From positions 3,658,001 to 3,722,000 of the forward strand of contig OZ059900.1 in NCBI GenBank assembly GCA_964057225.1: a DNA stretch of 64,000 nt, in the 5' to 3' direction. The translations under genes were made by a program, and so were the position numbers. The stretch is from Auanema rhodensis. Its lineage: Eukaryota > Animalia > Nematoda. The notes below the pieces were generated by a model. The model made no database searches. It was given only the letters and a program-made list of their open reading frames with translations, and had not been told where the DNA came from. Of the stretch, positions 43,301 to 55,800 are shown piece after piece. Within the stretch, counting starts at the first letter, position 1. Every line of letters begins with the position of its first letter.

Positions 43301-46300
43301 CAAAATCAGTCTATTTTTATGAATTTGCATCGATATATATTCATTTTGATCAAAAAAAGTCGAAAATAGAAAGAATTTTTGAATTTTCCGAGTTTTGAGT
43401 CCAATTGGGCTAAATCGCTCATATATATGATCAAAAGCATAGTTTTACTGTCTATGATAACAAAAGTCTTCAAATATACACTAATAATGATTAAATCACT
43501 GAATTTCACTCAAATAGCATTACTACACTAAGTATGGTCGTTTTTATGCCTTTAACACCATATACTCACCGATTTTTGGTACAAAATCTGTGATACTCGT
43601 AAATTTTGATCATATTCGGTGAGATTCGAGAATCAAACACACAATACACGAAATAAGTTTATTTTTACGAGTTTGCACTGATATTTATTCATTTTGATCA
43701 AAAAAGGTCGAAAATAGAAAGAATTTTTGAAATTTCCGAGTTTTGAGTCTAATTTGGCTAAATCGCTCATATATATGATCAAAAGCATAATTTTATTGTC
43801 TATGACAACAAAAGTCATCAATTAAACGCTAGTGATGTTTAAATACTGAATTTCGCTCAAATAGCATTACTACACTAAGTATGGTCGTTTTTATGCCTTT
43901 AACACCATATACTCACCGATTTTTGGTACAAAATCTGTAATACTCGTAAATTTTGATCATATTCGTTAAGATTCGAGAATCAAACACATAATACACGAAA
44001 TAAGTCTATTTTTATGAGTTTACACTGATATATATTCATTTTGATCAAAAAAGGTCGAAAATAGAAAGAATTTTTGAAATTTCCGAGTTTTGAGTCTAAT
44101 TTGGCTAAATCGCTCATTTATATGATCAGAAGCAAAGTTTTATTGTCTATGACAACAAAAGTCATCAATTAAACGCTAGTGATGTTTAAATACTGAATTT
44201 CGCTCAAATAGCATTACTACACTAAGTATGGTCGTTTTTATGCCTTTAACACCATATACTCACCGATTTTTGGTACAAAATCTGTAATACTCGTAAATTT
44301 TGATCATATTCGTTAAGATTTGAGAATCAAACATACAATACACAAAATCAGTCTATTTTTATGAGCTTGCACTGATATATATTCATTTTGATCAAAAAAG
44401 GTCGAAAATAGAAAGAATTTTTGAAATTTCCGAGTTTTGAGTCTAATTTGGCTAAATCGCTCATATATATGATCAGAAGCATAGTTTTATGGTCTATGAC
44501 AACCAAAGTCATCAATTAAACGCTAGTGATGTTTAAATACTGAATTTCGCTCAAATAGCATTACTACACTAAGTATGGTCGTTTTTATGCCTTTAACACC
44601 ATATACTCACCGATTTTTGGTACAAAATCTGTAATACTCGTAAATTTTGATCATATTCGTTAAGATTTGAGAATCAAACACACAATACACAAAATCAGTC
44701 TATTTTTATGAATTTGCATCGATATATATTCATTTTGATCAAAAAAAGTCGAAAATAGAAAGAATTTTTGAATTTTCCGAGTTTTGAGTCCAATTGGGCT
44801 AAATCGCTCATATATATGATCAAAAGCATAGTTTTACTGTCTATGATAACAAAAGTCTTCAAATATACACTAATAATGATTAAATCACTGAATTTCACTC
44901 AAATAGCATTACTACACTAAGTATGGTCGTTTTTATGCTTTTAACACCATATACTCACCGATTTTTGGTACAAAATCTGTGATACTCGTAAATTTTGATC
45001 ATATTCGGTGAGATTCGAGAATCAAACACACAATACACGAAATAAGTTTATTTTTACGAGTTTGCACTGATATTTATTCATTTTGATCAAAAAAGGTCGA
45101 AAATAGAAAGAATTTTTGAAATTTCCGAGTTTTGAGTCTAATTTGGCTAAATCGCTCATATATATGATCAAAAGCATAATTTTATTGTCTATGACAACAA
45201 AAGTCATCAATTAAACGCTAGTGATGATTAAATACTGAATTTCGCTCAAATAGCATTACTACACTAAGTATGGTCGTTTTTATGCCTTTAACACCATATA
45301 CTCACCGATTTTTGGTACAAAATCTGTAATACTCGTAAATTTTGATCATATTCGTTAAGATTTGAGAATCAAACATACAATACACAAAATCAGTCTATGT
45401 TTATGAGCTTGCACTGATATATATTCATTTTGATCAAAAAAGGTCGAAAATAGAAAGAATTTTTGAAATTTCCGAGTTTTGAGTCTAATTTGGCTAAATC
45501 GCTCATTTATATGATCAGAAGCAAAGTTTTATTGTCTATGACAACAAAAGTCATCAATTAAACGCTAGTGATGTTTAAATACTAATTTTCGCTCAAATAG
45601 CATTACTACACTAAGTATGGTCGTTTTTATGCCTTTAACACCATATACTCACCGATTTTTGGTACAAAATCTGTAATACTTGTAAATTTTGATCATATTC
45701 GTTAAGATTCCAGAATCAAACACATAATACACGAAATAAGTCTATTTTTATGAGTTTGCACTGATATTTATTCATTTTGATCAAAAAAGGTCGAAAATAG
45801 AAAGAATTTTTGAATTTTCCGAGTTTTGAGTCCAATTGGGCTAAATCGCTCATATATATGATCAAAAACATAGTTTTATTGTCTATAACAACAAAAGTCA
45901 TCAATTAAACGCTAGTGATGTTTAAATACTGATTTTCGCTCAAATAGCATTACTACACTAAGTATGGTCGTTTTTATGCCTTTAACACCATATACTCACC
46001 GATTTTTGGTACAAAATCTGTGATACTCGTAAATTTTGATCATATTCGGTGAGATTCGAGAATCAAACACACAATACACGAAATAAGTTCATTTTTACGA
46101 GTTTGCACTGATATTTATTCATTTTGATCAAAAAAGGTCGAAAATAGAAAGAATTTTTGAAATTTCCGAGTTTTGAGTCTAATTTGGCTAAATCGCTCAT
46201 ATATAAGATCAAAAGCATAGTTTTATTGTCTATGACAACAAAAGTCATCAATTAAACGCTAGTGATGTTTAAATACTGAATTTCGCTCAAATAGCATTAC

Positions 46301-48287
46301 TACACTAAGTATGGTCGTTTTTATGCCTTTAACACCATATACTCACCGATTTTTGGTACAAAATCTGTAATACTCGTAAATTTTGATCATATTCGTTAAG
46401 ATTTGAGAATCAAACATACAATACACAAAATCAGTCTATTTTTATGAGCTTGCACTGATATATATTCATTTTGATCAAAAAAGCTCGAAAATAGAAAGAA
46501 TTTTTGAAATTTCCGAGTTTTGAGTCTAATTTGGCTAAATCGCTCATTTATATGATCAGAAGCAAAGTTTTATTGTCTATGACAACAAAAGTCATCAATT
46601 AAACGCTAGTGATGTTTAAATACTAATTTTCGCTCAAATAGCATTACTACACTAAGTATGGTCGTTGTTATGCCTTTAACACCATATACTCACCGATTTT
46701 TGCTACAAAATCTGTAATACTTGTAAATTTTGATCATATTCGTTAAGATTCGAGAATCAAACACATAATACACGGAATAAGTCTATTTTTATGAGTTTGC
46801 ACTGATATTTATTCATTTTGATCAAAAAAGGTCGAAAATAGAAAGAATTTTTGAAATTTCCGAGTTTTGAGTCTAATTTGGCTAAATCGCTCATATATAT
46901 GATCAAAAGCATAATTTTATTGTCTATGACAACAAAAGTCATCAATTAAACGCTAGTGATGTTTAAATACTGAATTTCGCTCAAATAGCATTACTACACT
47001 AAGTATGGTCGTTTTTATGCCTTTAACACCATATACTCACCGATTTTTGGTACAAAATCTGTAATACTCGTAAATTTTGATCATATTCGTTAAGATTCGA
47101 GAATCAAACACATAATACACGAAATAAGTCTATTTTTATGAGCTTGCACTGATATATATTCATTTTGATCAAAAAAGGTCGAAAATAGAAAGAATTTTTG
47201 AAATTTCCGAGTTTTGAGTCTAATTTGGCTAAATCGCTCATTTATATGATCAGAAGCAAAGTTTTATTGTCTATGACAACAAAAGTCATCAATTAAACGC
47301 TAGTGATGTTTAAATACTGAATTTCGCTCAAATAGCATTACTACACTAAGTATGGTCGTTTTTATGCCTTTAACACCATATACTCACCGATTTTTGCTAC
47401 AAAATCTGTAATACTCGTAAATTTTGATCATATTCGTTAAGATTCGAGAATCAAACACATAATACACGAAATAAGTCTATTTTTATGAGCTTGCACTGAT
47501 ATATATTCATTTTGATCAAAAAAGGTCGAAAATAGAAAGAATTTTTGAAATTTCCGAGTTTTGAGTCTAATTTGGCTAAATCGCTCATATATATGATCAG
47601 AAGCATAGTTTTATGGTCTATGACAACCAAAGTCATCAATTAAACGCTAGTGATGTTTAAATACTGAATTTCGCTCAAATAGCATTACTACACTAAGTAT
47701 GGTCGTTTTTATGCCTTTAACACCATATACTCACCGATTTTTGGTACAAAATCTGTAATACTCGTAAATTTTGATCATATTCGTTAAGATTTGAGAATCA
47801 AACACACAATACACAAAATCAGTCTATTTTTATGAGCTTGCACTGATATATATTCATTTTGATCAAAAAAGGTCGAAAATAGAAAGAATTTTTGAAATTT
47901 CCGAGTTTTGAGTCTAATTTGGCTAAATCGCTCATATATATGATCAGAAGCATAGTTTTATGGTCTATGACAACAAAAGTCATCAATTAAACGCTAGTGA
48001 TGTTTAAATACTGAATTTCACTCAAATAGCATTACTACACTAAGTATGGTCGTTTTTATGCTTTTAACACCATATACTCACCGATTTTTGGTACAAAATC
48101 TGTGATACTCGTAAATTTTGATCATATTCGGTGAGATTCGAGAATCAAACACACAATACACGAAATAAGTTTATTTTTACGAGTTTGCACTGATATATAT
48201 TCATTTTGATCAAAAAAGGTCGAAAATAGAAAGAATTTTTGAAATTTCCGAGTTTTGAGTCTAATTTGGCTAAATCGCTCATATATA

Positions 48288-48316
48288 CACTGTGGTGCAA
48301 AATATAGTAACCTCTT
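48288..48316 (+). repeat. Left terminal inverted repeat CACTGTGGTGCAAAATATAGTAACCTCTT
   Basis: 28/29 match to the reverse complement of 49809-49837; the single mismatch is at position 19. Confidence 0.95.
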
Positions 48317-48576
48317 GAAAAAAATCTAAATTTTTTTAATATCAATATTTTTCTGAACAATGTTCACAAATAAATAATAAACACTTCTACATGTGTCAAA
48401 CCATAAATAAAGCAAGGTGTCAACGCATGTCATAAAAAAGATATATGAACAAAACCTTTTTTTCAGCGATCATTACTATCATCAAAAAAAACTTTAAAAT
48501 AATTTTTTTTGCTTTCAACTTAATTTTTTGAATATTTTTGCTAATTCTTGAAATTTATTCAGGCTTTACCTGAATA

Positions 48577-49611
48577 ATGCCCGGAACCAGAGACTTGTCA
48601 GTTGCTGAGAAAGCTCAAATCCACGCCTTTTCTGTCGCGGGTTGGAGCCATCGAGCAATTGCCGAAAATCTGGGCCGTGCACGAAGCACGGTGACCCGCT
48701 TCTTATCAGAAGGTAGCGTCAATTCAAGACGTTCAAATTGTGGTAGGAAGCCTGTGTTGAATGACAGGGATAAGAGGCGAATTATACGTTTAGCGTCTAA
48801 TTCTACTAACAGTTGTAGTACTATTGCAGGCAAACTGCATTTAAACGTTTCGAGATGGACGGTACGCAAGGTTCTGTCACAAGCGACAACCATAAAGAGA
48901 GCTAAAATGAGAAAAGCCCCGTTTTTGACCCCTGTTCATAAGAGAAATAGGGTCCTTTTTGCCGAAGAGAATGAGGAGCGAGAGTGGACAAAAGTAAACA
49001 GAAAATAAAAAACGTAGATTTTAATTTCTTTGTTCTAGGTCATATTTTCTGATGAAAAGAAGTTTAACCTCGATGGTCCTGACGGAGTCCATCATTATTG
49101 GAGGGACCTTCGTAAGGAGCCGAGGTACTTCTCAAAACGTACCGCTGGAGGAGGTTCAGTTATGGTTTGGGCTGCATTTTCCTCAACGGGAAAGTTGCAG
49201 ATCCAATTCACAACGAACACGCTAAACTCCGAGGACTATCAGGCTATTCTACAAGATAGTCTGATTCCTTATATCAACAGTTATCCTGGTGAAAATTTGA
49301 TTTTTCAACAAGATAATGCCCCCATCCATGCCAGTAGGTCCACAAAAACATGGCTGGATGAACATAATATTAGTGTTTTGAAATGGCCTTCCAATTCCCC
49401 TGATCTAAACCCTATAGAAAATCTATGGGGTATTCTTGTTAAAAAGCTGTACGAAGATGGAAGACAGTATGAAAATACTAGACAACTTCGGACAGCGATT
49501 TTACATGCATGGGACCTCTTATCAATTGAAACCTGTTCAAATTTGGCATCAAGCATGCCAAGACGTTTAGCTCAGGTAATTGAAAACAATGGAGGTCCTA
49601 CTTCATATTAA
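48577..49611 (+). CDS. Tc3-like DD34E transposase, 329 aa, two exons: join(48577..48993,49039..49611)
   Basis: Splicing out a GT-AG intron joins ...EREWTK to VIFSDEKKFNLDGPDGVHHYWRDLRKEPRYFSKRTAGGGSVMVW..., in frame with the 49162 ORF. The N-terminus is a bipartite HTH region with a GRKP (GRPR-like) linker. The catalytic triad is D144 (FSDE), D231 (FQQDNA) and E266 (SPDLNPIENLW), with 34 residues between the second D and the E. The motifs match my recollection of C. elegans Tc3 transposase. There are no stops or frameshifts. Confidence 0.95.
48994..49038 (+). other. 45-bp phase-0 spliceosomal intron of the transposase
   Basis: AAA|GTAAAC...TTTCTTTGTTCTAG|GTC. It is AT-rich, contains in-frame stops, and its removal restores the conserved W-x-K-V-I-F-S-D-E motif. 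Confidence 0.92.
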
Positions 49612-49720
49612 AATTGTGTTTTTTAAATTTTTTGTTTAACTTCATTTTTGCCCAAAAGTTGTAAAAAAAATATTTTCACTTTTTCTCACATCCACATTGT
49701 TAATTAATTTTCCTCTCAAT

Positions 49721-49726
49721 AATAAA
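49721..49726 (+). promoter_or_regulatory. Candidate polyadenylation signal AATAAA for the transposase mRNA
   Basis: Canonical hexamer 110 bp after the stop codon, inside the element. The AT-rich context makes a chance occurrence possible. Confidence 0.4.
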
Positions 49727-49808
49727 ATGTTTCTTAATTTAAAAGCTTCTAAACAATACAAAAAGATTTGGAACAAAACATCATTTGAAAAAAAAAAAAG
49801 TTAAAATA

Positions 49809-49837
49809 AAGAGGTTACAATATTTTGCACCACAGTG
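49809..49837 (-). repeat. Right terminal inverted repeat
   Basis: AAGAGGTTACAATATTTTGCACCACAGTG followed by TA; it is the inverse of 48288-48316. Confidence 0.95.
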
Positions 49838-52800
49838 TATGATCAGAAGCATAGTTTTATGGTCTATGACAACAAAAGTCATCAATTAAACGCTAGTGAT
49901 GTTTAAATACTGAATTTCGCTCAAATAGCATTACTACACTAAGTATGGTCGTTTTTATGCCGTTAACACCATATACTCACCGATTTTTGGTACAAAATCT
50001 GTAATACTCGTAAATTTTGATCATATTCGTTAAGATTTGAGAATCAAACACACAATACACAAAATCAGTCTATTTTTATGAGTTTGCATCGATATATATT
50101 CATTTTGATCAAAAAAAGTCGAAAATAGAAAGAATTTTTGAATTTTCCGAGTTTTGAGTCCAATTGGGCTAAATCGCTCATATATATGATCAAAAACATA
50201 GTTTTATTGTCTATAACAACAAAAGTCATCAATTAAACGCTAGTGATGTTTAAATACTGATTTTCGCTCAAATAGCATTACTACACTAAGTGTGGTCGTT
50301 TTTATGCCTTTAACACCATATACTCACCGATTTTTGGTACAAAATCTGTGATACTCGTAAATTTTGATCATATTCGGTGAGATTCGAGAATCAAACACAC
50401 AATACACGAAATAAGTTCATTTTTACGAGTTGCACTGATATTTATTCATTTTGATCAAAAAAGGTCGAAAATAGAAAGAATTTTTGAATTTTCCGAGTTT
50501 TGAGTCCAATTTGGCTAAATCGCTCATATATATGATCAAAAGCATAGTTTTATTTTCTATAACAACAAAAGTCATCAATTAAACGCTAGTGATGTTTTAA
50601 TACTGAATTTCGCTCAAATAGCATTACTACACTAAGTATGGTCGTTTATATGCCTTTAACACCATATACTCACCGATTTTTGGTACAAAATCTGTGATAC
50701 TCGTAAATTTTGATCATATTCGTTAAGATTCGAAAATCAAACACACAATACACGAAATAAGTTTATTTTTACAAGTTTGCACTGATATTTATTCATGTTG
50801 ATCAAAAAAGGTCGAAAATAGAAAGAATTTTTGAAATTTCCGAGTTTTGAGTCTAATTTGGCTAAATCGCTCATATATATGATCAGAAGCATAGTTTTAT
50901 GGTCTATGACAACAAAAGTCATCAATTAAACGCTAGTGATGTTTAAATACTGATTTTCGCTCAAATAGCATTACTACATTAAGTATGGTCGTTTTTATGC
51001 CTTTAACACCATATACTCACCGATTTTTGGTACAAAATCTGTAATACTCGTAAATTCTGATCATATTCGTTAAGATTTGAGAATCAAACACACAATACAC
51101 AAAATCAGTCTATTTTTATGAGTTTGCATCGATATATATTCATTTTGATCAAAAAAAGTCGAAAATAGAAAGAATTTTTGAATTTTCCGAGTTTTGAGTC
51201 CAATTGGGCTAAATCGCTCATATATATGATCAAAAGCATAGTTTTACTGTCTATGATAACAAAAGTCTTCAAATATACACTAATAATGATTAAATCACTG
51301 AATTTCACTCAAATAGCATTACTACACTAAGTATGGTCGTTTTTATGCCTTTAACACCATATACTCACCGATTTTTGGTACAAAATCTGTGATACTCGTA
51401 AATTTTGATCATATTCGGTGAGATTCGAAAATCAAACACACAATACACGAAATAAGTTTATTTTTACGAGTTTGCACTGATATTTATTCATTTTGATCAA
51501 AAAAGGTCGAAAATAGAAAGAATTTTTGAAATTTCCGAGTTTTGAGTCTAATTTGGCTAAATCGCTCATATATATGATCAGAAGCATAGTTTTATTGTCT
51601 ATGACAACAAAAGTCATTAATTAAACACTAATGATGTTTAAATCACTAAATTTCGCTCAAATAGCATTACTACACTAAGTATGGTCGTTTTTATGCCTTT
51701 AACACCATATACTCACCGATTTTTGGTACAAAATCTGTAATACTCGTAAATTTTGATCATAATCGTTAAGATTTGAGAATCCAACACACAATACACAAAA
51801 TCAGTCTATTTTTATAAGCTTGCACTGATATATATTCATTTTGATCAAAAAAGGTCGAAAATAGAAAGAAATTTTGAAATTTCCGAGTTTTGAGTCTAAT
51901 TTGGCTAAATCGCTCATATATATGATCAGAAGCATAGTTTTATGGTCTATGACAACAAAAGTCATCAATTAAACGCTAGTGATGTTTAAATACTGATTTT
52001 CGCTCAAATAGCATTACTACACTAAGTATGGTCGTTTTTATGCCTTTAACACCATATACTCACCGATTTTTGGTACAAAATCTGTGATACTCGTAAATTT
52101 TGATCATATTCGGTGAGATTCGAGAATCAAACACACAATACACGAAATAAGTTCATTTTTACGAGTTTGCACTGATATTTATTCATTTTGATCAAAAAAG
52201 GTCGAAAATAGAAAGAATTTTTGAAATTTCCGAGTTTTGAGTCTAATTTGGCTAAATCGCTCATATATATGATCAAAAGCATAGTTTTATTGTCTATGAC
52301 AACAAAAGTCATCAATTAAACGCTAGTGATGTTTAAATACTGAATTTCGCTCAAATAGCATTACTACACTAAGTATGGTCGTTTTTATGCCTTTAACACC
52401 ATAAACTCACCGATTTTTGGTACAAAATCTGTAATACTCGTAAATTTTGATCATATTCGTTATGATTTGAGAATCAAACATACAATACACAAAATCAGTC
52501 TATTTTTATGAGCTTGCACTGATATATATTCATTTTGATCAAAAAAGGTCGAAAATAGAAAGAATTTTTGAAATTTCCGAGTTTTGAGTCTAATTTGGCT
52601 AAATCGCTCATTTATATGATCAAAAGCATAGTTTTATTGTCTATAACAACAAAAGTCATCAATTAAACGCTAGTGATGTTTTAATACTGAATTTCGCTCA
52701 AATAGCATTACTACACTAAGTATGGTCGTTTTTATGCCTTTAACACCATATACTCACCGATTTTTGGTACAAAATCTGTGATACTCGTAAATTCTGATCA

Positions 52801-55800
52801 TATTCGTTAAGATTCGAAAATCAAACACACAATACACGAAATAAGTTTATTTTTACAAGTTTGCACTGATATTTATTCATTTTGATCAAAAAAGGTCGAA
52901 AATAGAAAGAATTTTTGAAATTTCCGAGTTTTGAGTCTAATTTGGCTAAATCGCTCATATATATGATCAGAAGCATAGTTTTATTGTCTATAACAACAAA
53001 AGTCATTATTTAAACACTAATGATGTTTAAATCACTAAATTTCGCTCAAATAGCATTACTACACTAAGTATGGTCGTTTTTATGCCTTTAACACCATATA
53101 CTCACCGATTTTTGGTACAAAATCTGTGATACTTGTAAATTTTGATCATATTGGGTGAGATTCGAGAATCAAACACACAATACACGAAATAAGTTTATTT
53201 TTACGAGTTTGCACTGATATTTATTCATTTTGATCAAAAAAGGTCGAAAATAGAAAGAATTTTTGAAATTTCCGAGTTTTGAGTCTAATTTGGCTAAATC
53301 GCTCATATATATGATCAGAAGCATAGTTTTATTGTCTATGACAACAAAAGTCATTAATTAAACACTAATGATGTTTAAATCACTAAATTTCGCTCAAATA
53401 GCATTACTACACTAAGTATGGTCGTTTTTATGCCTTTAACACCATATACTCACCGATTTTTGGTACAAAATCTGTAATACTCGTAAATTTTGATCATATT
53501 CGTTAAGATTTGAGAATCAAACACACAATACACAAAATCAGTCTATTTTTATAAGCTTGCACTGATATATATTCATTTTGATCAAAAAAGGTCGAAAATA
53601 GAAAGAATTTTTGAAATTTCCGAGTTTTGAGTCTAATTTGGCTAAATCGCTCATATATATGATCAGAAGCATAGTTTTATGGTCTATGACAACAAAAGTC
53701 ATCAATTAAACGCTAGTGATGTTTAAATACTGATTTTCGCTCAAATAGCATTACTACACTAAGTATGGTCGTTTTTATGCCTTTAACACCATATACTCAC
53801 CGATTTTTGGTACAAAATCTGTGATACTCGTAAATTTTGATCATATTCGGTGAGATTCGAGAATCAAACACACAATACACGAAATAAGTTCATTTTTACG
53901 AGTTTGCACTGATATTTATTCATTTTGATCAAATAAGGTCGAAAATAGAAAGAATTTTTGAAATTTCCGAGTTTTGAGTCTAATTTGGCTAAATCGCTCA
54001 TATATATGATCAAAAGCATAGTTTTATTGTCTATGACAACAAAAGTCATCAATTAAACGCTAGTGATGTTTAAATACTGAATTTCGCTCAAATAGCATTA
54101 CTACACTAAGTATGGTCGTTTTTATGCCTTTAACACCATATACTCACCGATTTTTGGTACAAAATCTGTAATACTCGTAAATTTTGATCATATTCGTTAT
54201 GATTTGAGAATCAAACATACAATACACAAAATCAGTCTATTTTTATGAGCTTGCACTGATATATATTCATTTTGATCAAAAAAGGTCAAAAATAGAAAGA
54301 ATTTTTGAAATTTCCGAGTTTTGAGTCTAATTTGGCTAAATCGCTCATTTATATGATCAAAAGCATAGTTTTATTGTCTATAACAACAAAAGTCATCAAT
54401 TAAACGCTAGTGATGTTTTAATACTGAATTTCGCTCAAATAGCATTAGTACACTAAGTATGGTCGTTTATATGCCTTTAACACCATATACTCACCGATTT
54501 TTGGTACAAAATCTGTGATACTCGTAAATTTTGATCATATTCGGTGAGATTCAAGAATCAAACACACAATACACAAAATCAGTCTATGTTTATGAGCTTG
54601 CACTGATATATATTCATTTTGATCAAAAAAGGTCGAAAATAGAAAGAATTTTTGAAATTTCCGAGTTTTGAGTCTAATTTGGCTAAATCGCTCATTTATA
54701 TGATCAGAAGCAAAGTTTTATTGTCTATGACAACAAAAGTCATCAATTAAACGCTAGTGATGTTTAAATACTAATTTTCGCTCAAATAGCATTACTACAC
54801 TAAGTATGGTCGTTTTTATGCCTTTAACACCATATACTCACCGATTTTTGGTACAAAATCTGTAATACTTGTAAATTTCGATCATATTCGTTAAGATTCG
54901 AGAATCAAACACATAATACACGAAATAAGTCTATTTTTATGAGTTTGCACTGATATTTATTCATTTTGATCAAAAAAGGTCGAAAATAGAAAGAATTTTT
55001 GAATTTTCCGAGTTTTGAGTCTAATTTGGCTAAATCGCTCATATATATGATCAGAAGCATAGTTTTATGGTCTATGACAACAAAAGTCATCAATTAAACG
55101 CTAGTGATGTTTAAATACTGATTTTCGCTCAAATAGCATTACTACACTAAGTATGGTCGTTTTTATGCCTTTAACACCATATACTCACCGATTTTTGGTA
55201 CAAAATCTGTGATACTCGTAAATTTTGATCATATTCGGTGAGATTCGAGAATCAAACACACAATACACGAAATCAGTCTATGTTTATGAGCTTGCACTGA
55301 TATATATTCATTTTGATCAAAAAAGGTCGAAAATAGAAAGAATTTTTGAAATTTCCGAGTTTTGAGTCTAATTTGGCTAAATCGCTCATTTATATGATCA
55401 GAAGCAAAGTTTTATTGTCTATGACAACAAAAGTCATCAATTAAACGCTAGTGATGTTTAAATACTAATTTTCGCTCAAATAGCATTACTACACTAAGTA
55501 TGGTCGTTTTTATGCCTTTAACACCATATACTCACCGATTTTTGGTACAAAATCTGTAATACTTGTAAATTTCGATCATATTCGTTAAGATTCGAGAATT
55601 AAACACATAATACACAAAATCAGTCTATTTTCATGAGCTTGCACTGATATATATTCATTTTGATCAAAAAAGCTCGAAAATAGAAAGAATTTTTGAAATT
55701 TCCGAGTTTTGAGTCTAATTTGGCTAAATCGCTCATTTATATGATCAGAAGCAAAGTTTTATTGTCTATGACAACAAAAGTCATCAATTAAACGCTAGTG

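Larger units (their letters stand above)
32882..48287 (-). repeat. Tandem satellite array, right arm part 1 (same monomer, inverted; mostly 347 bp)
   Basis: The reverse complement of the monomer (CTACACTAAGTATGGTCGTTTTTATGCCTTTAACACCATATACTCACCGATTTTTGGTAC) recurs about every 347 bp, and the repeated ORFs switch to the minus strand. Confidence 0.98.
48288..49837 (+). mobile_element. Tc1/mariner superfamily DNA transposon, Tc3-like, 1,550 bp, apparently autonomous
   Basis: It has 29-bp terminal inverted repeats, TA target-site duplications at 48286-48287 and 49838-49839, and an internal transposase. Removing the element and one TA restores the monomer sequence GCTCATATATATGATCAG. Confidence 0.97.

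Noticed and set aside
48145-48360. 71-aa minus-strand ORF spanning the transposon left end
   Set aside because: A chance fusion of TIR sequence to the satellite pseudo-ORF.
48615-49556. Antisense ORFs 48615-48893 and 49305-49556
   Set aside because: Shadow frames opposite the transposase exons, with no independent coding evidence.
48577-49611. Transposase as a broken pseudogene or two separate genes (143 aa + 149 aa)
   Set aside because: A canonical 45-bp GT-AG intron joins them into one intact 329-aa frame.
49788-49799. A12 tract as a retrotransposon poly(A) tail
   Set aside because: It lies inside the TIR-bounded DNA transposon, with no separate target duplication or reverse transcriptase sequence.
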